A stretch of 25,186 nucleotides of DNA, taken from NCBI GenBank assembly GCA_036918135.1, contig JBALDB010000040.1, positions 1-25,186 of the forward strand. Direction: 5' to 3'. Under the pieces are notes generated by a model. The model was not told where the DNA came from. It searched no databases and saw nothing but the letters and a program-made list of their open reading frames with translations. The DNA is from Nostoc sp. (lineage in GTDB: Bacteria; Cyanobacteriota; Cyanobacteriia; Cyanobacteriales; Nostocaceae). Position numbers and translations under genes: made by a program. Position 1 is the stretch's first letter, and each line of letters opens with the position of its first letter. Below, one piece after another: positions 16,277 through 25,186 of the stretch.

Positions 16277-17185
16277 ATGAGACAACTTGTTATTGCTGAG
16301 CGTGTATGCCTCATTGCTCATATCTTGTCAAAAGCTTTTGGACTGGCAGGGATGCTATTAGTCTTACCTCATGCCGAAATAATTTTAAACTTATCCCAGG
16401 TTGGAGAATCTGCCATAGAGTTAAGTATGGCTGGTGGTGGTGTAGTTGATATCATCTTGGGAACAGTAGCCGTTTCTATTTATGCCTACCGGATGCTGGG
16501 ATTAGGAACTTGGCTGACATTCATGCTTCCAGCTGTGTTTATTTCTTTGGGAAGTGAATTATTAGGAACCAGCACAGGTTTTCCATTTGGTGATTACAGC
16601 TACTTGAGTGGCTTAGGTTATAAGATTGGAGGGTTAGTTCCTTTTACAATTCCTTTATCTTGGTTTTATGTTGGGCTGTCGTCTTATTTAATTGCGATAT
16701 CTGGTTTGAAGGTAGCCCAAAAACCGAGTTTTGGACGCCATATTGCTGCTATAGCCGTTGGTGCTTTACTGTTTACTTGCTGGGACTTTGCCCTTGAGCC
16801 AGGAATGAGTCAATCTTCCTTACCCTTCTGGTATTGGGAGCAACCAGGAGCTTTCTTCGGAACACCTTACCAGAACTATGCAGGTTGGTTTGGTACTAGT
16901 GCAGTGTTTATGAGTGTGGCAGGATTATTTTGGAGAAAAACCTCAATTAAATTAGAGCGATCGCAACTTAATCTTCCCTTAATAGTTTATTTAACTAACT
17001 TTGGCTTCGGCGCTGGACTGAGTTTGGCGGCTGGGTTCTCCATCCCTGTGTTACTTGGCTTAGTGCTTGGTGTCGTTCCTGCTGTGGTGCTGTGGTTTAG
17101 CAGTTCGACCACACCCTCTGAAGTTGCTATTGAACCAGCAGTTCAGGAAGTCTCAGTCCCAAGCGTTAAAGTTGTTTTGAAATAA
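16277..17185 (+). CDS. cruF: Carotenoid 1',2'-hydratase CruF
   Basis: SELLGTSTGFPFGDYSY, GLVPFTIPLSWF, WDFALEP, FFGTPYQNYAGW; RBS AAGGA; adjacent to a GT2 gene. Confidence 0.88.
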   Translation: MRQLVIAERVCLIAHILSKAFGLAGMLLVLPHAEIILNLSQVGESAIELSMAGGGVVDIILGTVAVSIYAYRMLGLGTWLTFMLPAVFISLGSELLGTSTGFPFGDYSYLSGLGYKIGGLVPFTIPLSWFYVGLSSYLIAISGLKVAQKPSFGRHIAAIAVGALLFTCWDFALEPGMSQSSLPFWYWEQPGAFFGTPYQNYAGWFGTSAVFMSVAGLFWRKTSIKLERSQLNLPLIVYLTNFGFGAGLSLAAGFSIPVLLGLVLGVVPAVVLWFSSSTTPSEVAIEPAVQEVSVPSVKVVLK

Positions 17186-17305
17186 ACAGACAGATTTGGG
17201 AGTGGAGAGTAGACAGCGAGGAGATAAGGAAAGAAATTCATCATCCTCCCACACTCCTCCCCGTCCCTAATCTCCTATCACAAATGACAATTGAACAATT
17301 GACAA

Positions 17306-18568
17306 ATGACCAATGACAACCCCTTGATAGTAGAAAGCGCCATCTCCCTTTTATTGCTAGTTATTCAAGTACCAGCAACGGCGATTCTGCTGTCGCGTCT
17401 GCTAAAGGGGCCAAGACGCCATTCACCTATAGAACCGCAACAGCCGACGCCGGAACTACTGGGTAGGGTTAGCGTTGTCGTTCCCACGCTAAACGAGGCG
17501 CTTCGTATTAGCCCTCTGTTAGCTGGTTTAAGTCGCCAAAGTTATGAAGTTCGGGAAATTATTGTTGTAGATAGCAATTCCAGTGATGGTACTCCCGATT
17601 TGGTAAAAGCAACACAGCAAAAAGACCCACGCTTTCGGTTGATAACAGATGACCCGTTACCCGTTGGTTGGGTAGGGCGTCCTTGGGCGTTGCATAACGG
17701 TTTTTTATATAGCTCAGAAGCTAGTGAGTGGTTTCTAGGGCTGGATGCTGATATCCAACCGCATTCTGGTTTAGTTGCTGGTTTGGTGAAGACAGCCCAA
17801 GCACAAGATTATGACCTGATTTCCCTTTCACCCCAGTTTATCCTCAGATATCCAGGAGAATGCTGGCTACAACCGGCTTTGTTGATGACTCTGCTTTACC
17901 GATTTGACCCAGCCGGGATCGATACACAGCAGCCAGAACGAGTAATGGCAAATGGACAATGTTTTTTGTGTCGTCGCTCAGTTTTAGCGGCTGTAGGTGG
18001 CTACAGCAGTGCGAGCGGTTCTTTTTGTGATGATGTCACCTTGGCACGGAATATAGCTGTTCAAGGTTATAAAGTGGGCTTTTTAGATGGCGCAAAACTA
18101 CTGAAAGTACGGATGTATGAAGGGGCGATGGAAACGTGGAAGGAATGGGGTCGGAGTCTCGACCTTAAAGATGCAACTTCTCGTTCTCAGCTGTGGGGAG
18201 ATTTATGGTTACTTTTTGCAGTCCAAGGTTTACCACTTTTAATAATTCTGACTTATTTGTTGATTTCTCTGTTACAACAGACGCGATTAATGAGCCAGCG
18301 CGTTGTGGGGGTTCCCCTCGTTGTAGCGACTGGCGTCGCGTCTGTACCTGCTCCCCTATTGCTCCTACTAGGATTGAATTTATTCCTGCTGATGATTCGC
18401 TTTGGTATGTTAATAGCGATCGCACCTTCCTACGATCGCCAAAATGCCAAAGGGAGTTGGTTATTCTGGCTTTCCCCTTTAGCCGATCCCATAGCCGTGC
18501 TACGAATCTTCTTATCTGCATTCCGCACCCCACGCGAATGGCGCGGAAGAAAATATAGTGATGGGTAA
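17306..18568 (+). CDS. cruG: Carotenoid 2'-O-glycosyltransferase CruG (GT2)
   Basis: VVVPTLNE, VVDSNSSDGT, GWVGRPWA, LDAD, MANGQC, FCDDV, VRMY, EWRGR; follows cruF. The ATG lies in STRR heptamers, so TTG 17324 is an alternative start. Confidence 0.88.
   Translation: MTNDNPLIVESAISLLLLVIQVPATAILLSRLLKGPRRHSPIEPQQPTPELLGRVSVVVPTLNEALRISPLLAGLSRQSYEVREIIVVDSNSSDGTPDLVKATQQKDPRFRLITDDPLPVGWVGRPWALHNGFLYSSEASEWFLGLDADIQPHSGLVAGLVKTAQAQDYDLISLSPQFILRYPGECWLQPALLMTLLYRFDPAGIDTQQPERVMANGQCFLCRRSVLAAVGGYSSASGSFCDDVTLARNIAVQGYKVGFLDGAKLLKVRMYEGAMETWKEWGRSLDLKDATSRSQLWGDLWLLFAVQGLPLLIILTYLLISLLQQTRLMSQRVVGVPLVVATGVASVPAPLLLLLGLNLFLLMIRFGMLIAIAPSYDRQNAKGSWLFWLSPLADPIAVLRIFLSAFRTPREWRGRKYSDG
18277..18345. 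repeat. Nested short dispersed repeats inserted in frame within cruG
   Basis: The perfect 24-nt palindrome ACAGACGCG-ATTAAT-CGCGTCTGT is split by a 45-nt hairpin element at 18292-18336. Confidence 0.8.
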
Positions 18569-18569
18569 G

Positions 18570-18680
18570 CATGGGGCAAGCAGAGAGTGTGGAAGGTGTG
18601 GGAGGATGGGGAAGAAATCTTGCCCCCCTCTCTCCCCCATCTCCCCACACTCCCCCATCTCCCTCACTCCTCTTCACCTC
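18570..18680. repeat. Dispersed G-rich/C-rich repeat element, copy 2 (inverted)
   Basis: 18602-18637 is the exact reverse complement of 12465-12500. Confidence 0.85.
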
Positions 18681-19572
18681 CAACTCGATCCCCGCGTTCT
18701 AGTTCCCAAAGAATTTGATTTCCTTCACGGCGTACTCGTGAGACTATCCAATTTCGCCAACGCCACTGATCCCCTCTACTAGTGACAGCACTGGCGTGGA
18801 CATCCATTAAATCTGCTAACTCGGAACTAGTAATTAAGTAGCCTTTTTCAGAAATTTCATCAGCTATACGCAGAGTTTCGACCAAATTGCGGAGTTGCAA
18901 AACCCTCATTTCCAAAGGTTTTTCATCGGTTGCGGTTGTAACTAGCCCAGTTGATGGTTCCATAACAGTTATTTCTGGTGCAGAAGTAGTGACTTGGTGG
19001 GTATTTTGGTTAATTATTCTAGAGCTTTCATCAGAATCAGCTACTTTTGCTACATTTGTTTCACTTGTGGTAGGTAAAGTTTTATAAAAATTGGTAGAAG
19101 ATAATTGTTGTAGAGAGGGGGTTTTGCCACTAGCATAGGTGCGAGCGATCGCGTCACAACGTTCGTTCCCTATGTTACCAGAATGTCCTCTAACATATTG
19201 CCATTTTACTTGTTCGCTATTAAGTTCATCTAAGGTTTCTAAAAGGTCTTGGTTTTGGACGGGTTTACCATCTGACTTTTTCCAGCCTTTGTTTTTCCAG
19301 CCTTTCACCCATTTGGTAACGCAGTTGATTAGGTATTCGCTATCAGTGTAGAGGACGATCGGTTGGGGTTGTTGAGATGTTTGCAGAAATTCGAGGGCGG
19401 CGATCGCCGCTTGCATTTCCATTTTATTATTAGTGGTGTGGGGGGATGCATCGCCCATTTCGTGAATTGAGCCATCACTGAAGTAGACGACAACACCCCA
19501 ACCACCAGGGCCAGGGTTACCAGTGCAAGCACCGTCTGTATATATGCTTTCGATTGTGGGTTGGGTGGACAT
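18664..19572 (-). CDS. rnhA: Ribonuclease HI with a linker and an additional C-terminal domain
   Basis: IYTDGACTGNPGPGGWG, TTNNKMEM, YTDSEY, WKNKGWK, VRGHSG, NERCD. ATG at 19572. Confidence 0.95.
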   Translation of the reverse strand: MSTQPTIESIYTDGACTGNPGPGGWGVVVYFSDGSIHEMGDASPHTTNNKMEMQAAIAALEFLQTSQQPQPIVLYTDSEYLINCVTKWVKGWKNKGWKKSDGKPVQNQDLLETLDELNSEQVKWQYVRGHSGNIGNERCDAIARTYASGKTPSLQQLSSTNFYKTLPTTSETNVAKVADSDESSRIINQNTHQVTTSAPEITVMEPSTGLVTTATDEKPLEMRVLQLRNLVETLRIADEISEKGYLITSSELADLMDVHASAVTSRGDQWRWRNWIVSRVRREGNQILWELERGDRVGGEEE

Positions 19573-19696
19573 AGTTAGGATATTCAATAAGCAGAGGACG
19601 CTAAAGGAAGAGTTTTTAGCGGCGAAAGCGCAGGCTAATAAAGATTAGCACAGCAAAGAAAATACCGATGCCTACACTCCGACTAAAAACTTCAGT

Positions 19697-19862
19697 TTAG
19701 AGGATGTTTGAAAAGTCGTTTTTAATACTTGAATCTTCGCTAATGGAGAGTAGGGAGTAGTGGCAAACGAAAAATAAGTGTTTTGAGTTTTGTAACGATA
19801 CTTATTGTACTGACGATTATGACCTCAAGCAAAATTATTGATACTTTTCAAACAACTTCTAA
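19697..19862. mobile_element. MITE with IS5-family-like terminal inverted repeats
   Basis: TTAGAGGATGTTTGAAAAGT (19697-19716) / ACTTTTCAAACAACTTCTAA (19843-19862), 18/20 match, TWA flanks, no transposase. The family assignment is from recall. Confidence 0.8.
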
Positions 19863-19986
19863 GCGAATTGGAACTACTCAAGACCACAGAGCCATCAAAT
19901 TTGTTGAAGGAATTAAAATTGTGATTAATGGAGATGTCAGAAAGTCTGGTTTAGCAGATAGTTTAATCCAAGACCGAGATTAAACT

Positions 19987-20026
19987 AAAAATAAACAAAC
20001 CTGTTAAATTTAACAGATTTGTTTTT
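19987..20026. terminator. AT-rich hairpin terminator
   Basis: AAACAAAC-CTGTTAA-AT-TTAACAG-ATTTGTTT with A/T runs on both sides. Confidence 0.5.
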
Positions 20027-20189
20027 ACTAACTTACATTTTAATTATTAGTGTTTAAATCAGAACTCAGTGTTTAACTACCCATTAAGCAGTAATATGGG
20101 TAGGCTTCTCTTGTGAATAAGTCCTTGTTTTGAGCCATTTTTGACGTTCTTGATGGCTTAGTTCAGTTTTATAGCCTACCCTGACCTGA

Positions 20190-20773
20190 TTAGGAGTGAA
20201 CTCTTTGTGGATAACCGTATGCGTTTGTTTGTCTTTCACAGAAGTCTCTTGCTCCTGTAACAGTAAATTGGAAGGTATAACCAAATTCTCCTGGGGCAAT
20301 TATAACCCAGCCTTTAGGTTCCATTTTAATTATATCCTCATAGTATGGTATAGCTTCCTCCAAAGAGTCAAGAAAAACCAAAACTTCATCATCTTCATCA
20401 AAACGACAAAAATTTAATGCTACCTTGGATACATACCAAAGAAGCTATTGACCTATAGGGGCAACCATCCTTATACTTTTTGGCACAGATTCAAGATGCA
20501 ATACTTCTACAGCATAAGGTATATTTTCATCAGATACATAAACAGCATACCTAAGAAAACCTAATATATTATCCTTATTACAAAGCTTAATAATATTTTG
20601 ATATTCAAAATTAGTATTCTCCCATAACCTTTTCCAATTAAAACTCCATTTATTAGAAAGAGTTACATCCTCTTTTTAGCAGGTTCTAGGCTTGCTAAGA
20701 TATAAGTGTTTATTTGTGTTATAATAGGAACTTAATAAGCTCCAATTGAGTACACTATTTCTGCACCTAACAT
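20190..20773 (-). pseudogene. Decayed gene of about 194 codons, possibly GNAT-fold
   Basis: MLGAEIVYSIGAY*VPIIT..LEPAK/fs/EDVTLSNKWSFNWKRLW..ILGFLRY..EVLHLESVP..PIGQ*LLWY..VFLDSLEEAIPYYE..QRVHS*. Stops at 20734-20732 and 20447-20445; frameshift in the T5 run 20673-20677. Confidence 0.75.
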
Positions 20774-21140
20774 TCAGATTAATTATAAAATTTAAACACT
20801 TCTATTTAAAAACATAAATTGGCAAATTTCAATCTGTGAGATTAATATTTTTACCTCTGAAATTTTAAGATAATTATTTGAGGCTAAATTTAAAAATTAT
20901 ATCAATTATTTTGGATTCATCTTCTTTTCAAAAACAGATCCGTCTACATAAGTAATAATTACTCTTTTGATAACCATATTATTTTACTTGTTTAATTTAC
21001 TTTTTTATCATAATTTGCTTAATATCTTTTTATGACAGTAAAATCACGTAAGCCTCTTACATTAATTTTAGATTTCTTCAGTATATTTATCATCTACTGT
21101 CAAGCTGGGCGATCGCACCCTTTGAATAAGAATTTATTAA

Positions 21141-21360
21141 ACCAGCTAATCCACTTCAAGAAATGTGATGAAAGTTACTGGCTTTTCGATTCAGACTTTC
21201 CCCATGACTAGCATAGACCTTGGAACGCTATTAAAAACAATTTTTGTAGTGGTAGATGATTGGTATCAAAAGCAAGTAAAAAAGATAATTCTATTAAAAC
21301 CAGGTGTGAAAGCAAGTATGAGTGATAGTGAAATCATGGCACTGGCGCTAATAATTGATG
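21141..21360 (+). mobile_element. IS982-family remnant (left end plus the 5' part of the transposase)
   Basis: From ATG 21204: MTSIDLGTLLKTIFVVVDDWYQ..KPGVKASMSDSEIMALAL, like IS982 transposase N-termini. Candidate left IR ACCAGCTAATCCACTT at 21141. The frame ends at 21383. Confidence 0.7.
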
Positions 21361-21497
21361 TCTTCAGCGAATTACAGGAGTAATTTGAAAATCTTGACCA
21401 TCTGATTAGGGCAACTTCCGCTACACCCGTTGCATAAACTAAAAAAGACCAATGTCAAAAATAATTGATCTGCTAAATTGCCAAATAATTAGTTTTT

Positions 21498-21585
21498 ATA
21501 CCAATTCTCAAAATTAGGCAACAGATGTAAATTAGAAAAGTCCTGCTACATCTAAGTTTCTTAATTACGAATTACGAATTGGTAT
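21498..21585. mobile_element. 88-bp MITE-like element
   Basis: Perfect 10-bp terminal IR ATACCAATTC / GAATTGGTAT, inner IR AGATGTA/TACATCT, AATTACG heptamers. Confidence 0.6.
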
Positions 21586-21664
21586 TATGTATCTCTTCAC
21601 CTACTGAAACATCGCTATTGACTCAGCGATCGCAATTGCAGGTTAAGATTTTACAGTCGGTGCT

Positions 21665-22312
21665 ATGATTGCAACAAAAAGCATGGGTGGCAAATTAATT
21701 GTATTTGAAGGGGTGGAAGGCTGCGGTAAAACCAGCCAAATACAGCTTTGTCAAGAGTGGTTGGAAAGTTCGGGTATTCCTGTACTGGTAACTCGCGAAC
21801 CAGGGGGAACGCACTTAGGCTTAGATCTTCGGCGCTTGCTACTATCCAAGGTAGAGGATAAACCAGTTGCCGAAGTGACAGAACTTTTATTATATGCTGC
21901 TGATAGAGCGCAACACGTCGAACAAGAACTCAAGCCAAATCTGGCAGTAGGAAAATATATTTTATGCGATCGCTACACTGACTCGACCATTGCCTATCAA
22001 GGATATGGTCGAGGTTTGAATATCGACTTAATCAATCAACTTAACTATATTGCAACTGGCGGTTTAGAAAGTGACCTAACTATTTGGCTGGATGTTGATG
22101 TCGAGGTGGGATTGTCCCGCAAACGAGGAAGTGAAGTAGGACTAGACCGCATCGAACAAGAGACAATTGCTTTTCATCGCCGCGTTCAGCAAGGATACGC
22201 ACAATTAGCAGCATCCGATCCCTTACGAATTGTGCAGGTAGATGGTAGCTTGAGTAAACAGGCTGTACAACAAATAATTCAAGAAATTTTGTGCCCACAT
22301 CTTCAAATATAA
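21665..22312 (+). CDS. tmk: Thymidylate (dTMP) kinase
   Basis: FEGVEGCGKTS, TREPGGT, LLYAADRAQH, CDRYTDSTIAYQGYGRG. The start may be ATG 21683. Confidence 0.97.
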   Translation: MIATKSMGGKLIVFEGVEGCGKTSQIQLCQEWLESSGIPVLVTREPGGTHLGLDLRRLLLSKVEDKPVAEVTELLLYAADRAQHVEQELKPNLAVGKYILCDRYTDSTIAYQGYGRGLNIDLINQLNYIATGGLESDLTIWLDVDVEVGLSRKRGSEVGLDRIEQETIAFHRRVQQGYAQLAASDPLRIVQVDGSLSKQAVQQIIQEILCPHLQI

Positions 22313-22424
22313 AGTTTTAGATTTTTAGCACGCCCTAGAATTTGCCCAATTACTATGCAATTGCTACTCTCATCTAAATTATTTCTAAAAAGTAAATCTT
22401 CTAATCTGTTAAAAGTTTAACTTA

Positions 22425-23216
22425 ATGATGTGCAATCGCAGTATTGAAGGCTTTATTCAATTAATCGCCTGCTACCGCCCAAACTTTCCTCAGATAATTC
22501 AAGGGGCTTCTATAGCACAAATCGATGCTTTTGCTGAGCTTATCTATCAAGTTTCAGCACTGACTTTGCCATTAGATTATTATAATTTTCTGTTAAGAAT
22601 GGGTGTATCCGCTCCTGGGTTCGTTGTAGACACTTCTCAACCTGGGTGGGGCGAACGTGTGCCTTGGTGTGCTTTTGTACAGGATGCTTCACCAGATCTA
22701 GAAAGTTTATACGAGTATTATAGTTATCAGTTGGAAGATGGCGAAAGTCCTCCGTCTGAATGTTTAGCTGTTGGGGTTTTTGGAGTGCATTGTGAAGAGG
22801 TTTTTTTGGAATGCGATCGAGGTCTAGCAGGTAGAGTATTTACCCAGATATCTAACTCCAAAGTGTTCTGGGCAGAAAGTTGGGTTGGACATCTTTACAA
22901 ACAGGCATTCCGTTACATTATTATCAATCGTATGCAGATACAAGCCCATAGCCTCATCACTCATCAAGCAGCCTCTCAATTAGCTCAACTAGCAGGTACT
23001 TATGGCTTGGAAGTTATGTGGTTCAGCGATGCATTTGACTTCTGTGCCACGAGTTTCGATTGGGAAATTTTGCTATACATTTCTAGCTATGCAACCTCTC
23101 CTTGGTTCTATTTAGCAGGCAAGAAGCAGTCTGGCTCGTGGATTCTGAATCGTCGTACCAGTTCGGCTGTTACCGATTTCTGGCAGTTTATAAAGCGCTC
23201 AGGTTGGATTAATTAA
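22425..23216 (+). CDS. Hypothetical protein with an N-terminal SMI1/KNR4 (SUKH)-like domain
   Basis: GASIAQIDAF...LTLPLDYYNFLLRMG, followed later by VFLEC...GRVF...WAESW, as in SUKH domains. Confidence 0.6.
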   Translation: MMCNRSIEGFIQLIACYRPNFPQIIQGASIAQIDAFAELIYQVSALTLPLDYYNFLLRMGVSAPGFVVDTSQPGWGERVPWCAFVQDASPDLESLYEYYSYQLEDGESPPSECLAVGVFGVHCEEVFLECDRGLAGRVFTQISNSKVFWAESWVGHLYKQAFRYIIINRMQIQAHSLITHQAASQLAQLAGTYGLEVMWFSDAFDFCATSFDWEILLYISSYATSPWFYLAGKKQSGSWILNRRTSSAVTDFWQFIKRSGWIN

Positions 23217-23371
23217 AAAAGAGGCATTGCTGGGTCAAAGTATGAATTGAGATTTTTTGATCTGACTAACAGCGTAACTTTAGTTTAGTTAAGCCAAATA
23301 CTAGGTTTTTTGAATATCGTATAAGTGTATCCAAAAATGAGAAGATTGTTGCTGTTGTGGGTAAGGAATGA

Positions 23372-23812
23372 GTGACAGCTATGTTTGCTTGGAAAATTTA
23401 CGGAATAACTGTTGTTACTCTATTTCTGAAAATGTTCGCTATAGCCTTAATCCAAGTCAATACTCGCCAAAAGTCAAATAATTTTTCTACACCAGAAGAT
23501 GCTGCTACTTTTGGTAAAGGAGGAACTGGAGTTGTACAAGAGTCTCAATTATTGGAACGCGCTACTAAGACTTTAAACAATGATGTGGAAAATATTCCGA
23601 TTTTCCTATTTCTAGCTACTGCTTATGTTAACTTAGGCTGCTGGGAACAAGGCATTCTAATTTATTTTCCAGTGTTTGTTTTGTCGCGTTTTGTGTATTC
23701 TGTAGCTTATCTACGTGCTATACAGCCGCTTCGGACTCGTGCTTATCAGCTAGGTATTTCCGTGATGATGCTGTTATCTGGGCATATTCTTTGGAGTGTG
23801 TTGCAAAGTTAA
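23372..23812 (+). CDS. MAPEG family membrane protein
   Basis: LFLKM, FSTPED, ER....NDVENIPIF, SRFVYSVAY, QPLRT; four TM segments; AAGGA upstream of the GTG. Confidence 0.85.
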   Translation: MTAMFAWKIYGITVVTLFLKMFAIALIQVNTRQKSNNFSTPEDAATFGKGGTGVVQESQLLERATKTLNNDVENIPIFLFLATAYVNLGCWEQGILIYFPVFVLSRFVYSVAYLRAIQPLRTRAYQLGISVMMLLSGHILWSVLQS

Positions 23813-23887
23813 TTGGTCACTTGTAGTGAGCGTACGCCTGCGCGGAAGCAAGCCAGCAAGAGCGTCTTTGTTAGGAGAAGACTCACT

Positions 23888-23998
23888 GGTGGCGATCGCC
23901 ACCCGCTATGATTGGAACAAACAAGTCAAATCCTCTTCCCTTCTGCCTTCTGCCTTGTTTCTTGAAAGCAGCCGTTGGCGCAGCCTCTCGTAGAGAAG
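23888..23998. repeat. HIP1-centred palindrome, STRR heptamers and a short dispersed repeat
   Basis: GGTGGCGATCGCCACC (16-bp palindrome), (CCTTCTG)x2-3, and CGTTGGCGCAGCCTCTCGTAGAGA, which is related to GCGTTGGCGAAGCC at about 3327. Confidence 0.55.
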
Positions 23999-24262
23999 TA
24001 TTTGTCATTGGCTGGAGGATGGGGTAACTAACCCTACAACACTTGCTAATGCTCAGCTCCCCAACTTTTTAAACAAGCCAAGATTTATTTAAGTCCTAAG
24101 TCGTAATCTTTCTCATGCAGGACTACACTTTGCTCAATTTATGTCTCATTCCTAATTTCTTCTTCTTTGTGATTTAAATACATCTGTCTTCAGTAGGGTA
24201 AAACTTTAAATGTAAATTTGATAACGTTGCAGATAATAAATTAATCGCAATTGGAGTTAACA

Positions 24263-24754
24263 ATGGCATATACGCAAACTAACGATCCAACTATTCGTCA
24301 ACATGTAGAAGCTTGGCGAAAATTAGGTGTAGATGAACAGCTGGCTTTATTTTGGTTTATCTATAAAGAAATGGGTCGCTCAATTACTCCCGCTGCTCCT
24401 GGAGCTAGCACTGCTTCCCCAGATATTGCCGAAGGTTTATTTAATCAAGTTAAAGAATTATCTCAAGAACAACAATTACAGATTCAGCGTGATTTGATTA
24501 ACAAAGCTGATACCGAAACTTCCCGTAAATATGGTTCTTTGGGAGATACTACTAAGTTACTTTTTTGGTATCTATTAGCTGAAGGTATGAAAAATGGCAC
24601 TATTATTCCTATGCCTGAAGATTATGAGCTATCCTCAGGATCTCAAACGCTGTTTAGTCAAATTCAATTATTAGGTTTTGAGCAACAGATTACTCTTTTC
24701 CGTGATTACGTTGAACCAATGGGAGCCGAATCAAAACCAGGTGCAGAAATTTAG
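24263..24754 (+). CDS. Helical carotenoid protein (OCP N-terminal domain only, HCP3-like)
   Basis: DEQLALFWFIYKEMGRSITPAAPG, YGSLGDTTKLLFWYLLAEGM, FEQQITLFRDYV.PMG; GGAG RBS before ATG 24263. Confidence 0.92.
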   Translation: MAYTQTNDPTIRQHVEAWRKLGVDEQLALFWFIYKEMGRSITPAAPGASTASPDIAEGLFNQVKELSQEQQLQIQRDLINKADTETSRKYGSLGDTTKLLFWYLLAEGMKNGTIIPMPEDYELSSGSQTLFSQIQLLGFEQQITLFRDYVEPMGAESKPGAEI

Positions 24755-24804
24755 CAGTTTACAATTAAAATTTTAAATTTTTGCAGTTGGTATAAACAAA
24801 TAAA

Positions 24805-24836
24805 CACAGAGTAAAAACTAAAACTTTTACTCTGTG
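24805..24836 (+). terminator. Hairpin downstream of the HCP gene
   Basis: Perfect 12-bp stem CACAGAGTAAAA-N8-TTTTACTCTGTG. Confidence 0.65.
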
Positions 24837-25186
24837 ATTATCTAAGTCTTTGGGTTAGTCGCACCCTCAACTCCTAACGCCCTTTGTTTTGTATTCAATA
24901 TACTAGAAGTAATTATAGCTGAGTGAATCTGCCTTTTGGTTGGTTTAAATATGTTGAATATAGACTAATCGTCTTAAATTTTTATAGTGTTTTGTTTGCA
25001 ACTAAAATATCTTACATTAATAGAGACATAATCAGTAAAGTTAAACTTTTTACGTTAGTAATTAAATTAATTATTTCAAATTTAACACTAGATTAACGTG
25101 AGTTCGACGGAACTAAAAAATGGTAGGAGGTAGTGCAGGCAAATCTTTTGGGTAAATGTCAATCGAGGGTTTTTTAGGCAAATAGG

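Larger units (their letters stand above)
236..23899. repeat. HIP1 octamers (GCGATCGC) dispersed across the window
   Basis: About 20 exact copies counted by eye (near 236, 352, 5747, 6891, 13016, 19145, 21966 and others), plus many one-mismatch copies. Confidence 0.9.

Noticed and set aside
19783..19983. 66-aa ORF as an intact gene
   Set aside because: Its start and first third lie inside the MITE; at most the 3' part is a gene remnant.
16277..24754. A carotenoid/photoprotection cluster joining cruF-cruG with the HCP gene
   Set aside because: They are separated by unrelated housekeeping genes and a decayed region, so co-location may be chance.

Overview
Chromosomal window of a filamentous cyanobacterium, very probably Nostocales. 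Evidence: about 20 HIP1 octamers GCGATCGC counted by eye, STRR-type heptamer tracts, Nostoc-like MITEs and short dispersed repeats, and photosynthesis and carotenoid genes. Gene order: 5' end of psbA (not in the ORF track), hspA with an internal nonsense codon, stand-alone cheB divergent from a Crp/Fnr regulator, two conserved proteins, murT-gatD, SMR exporter, a divergent plant-type ferredoxin, hemD, two HtrA-like S1C protease genes, SpoIID/LytB, a small secreted protein, mlaE, a membrane protein, cruF-cruG, RNase HI with a C-terminal extension, a decayed AT-rich patch (MITEs, GNAT-like pseudogene, IS982 remnant), tmk, an orphan SMI1/KNR4-like protein, a MAPEG protein and a helical carotenoid protein. 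No CRISPR array, rRNA or tRNA was seen. Best candidates for undescribed biology: (1) a PDZ-bearing HtrA-like protein lacking catalytic His and Ser, next to an HtrA-like protein with an intact triad but no PDZ; (2) two related arrays of about 13 near-palindromic 21-nt units, each preceded by TTAAGATTAA; (3) twin TGTTA-N6-TAACA sites in front of the Crp-family gene; (4) a nested, frame-preserving 24+45-nt repeat insertion inside cruG. Family assignments come from motif recognition, not database searches.
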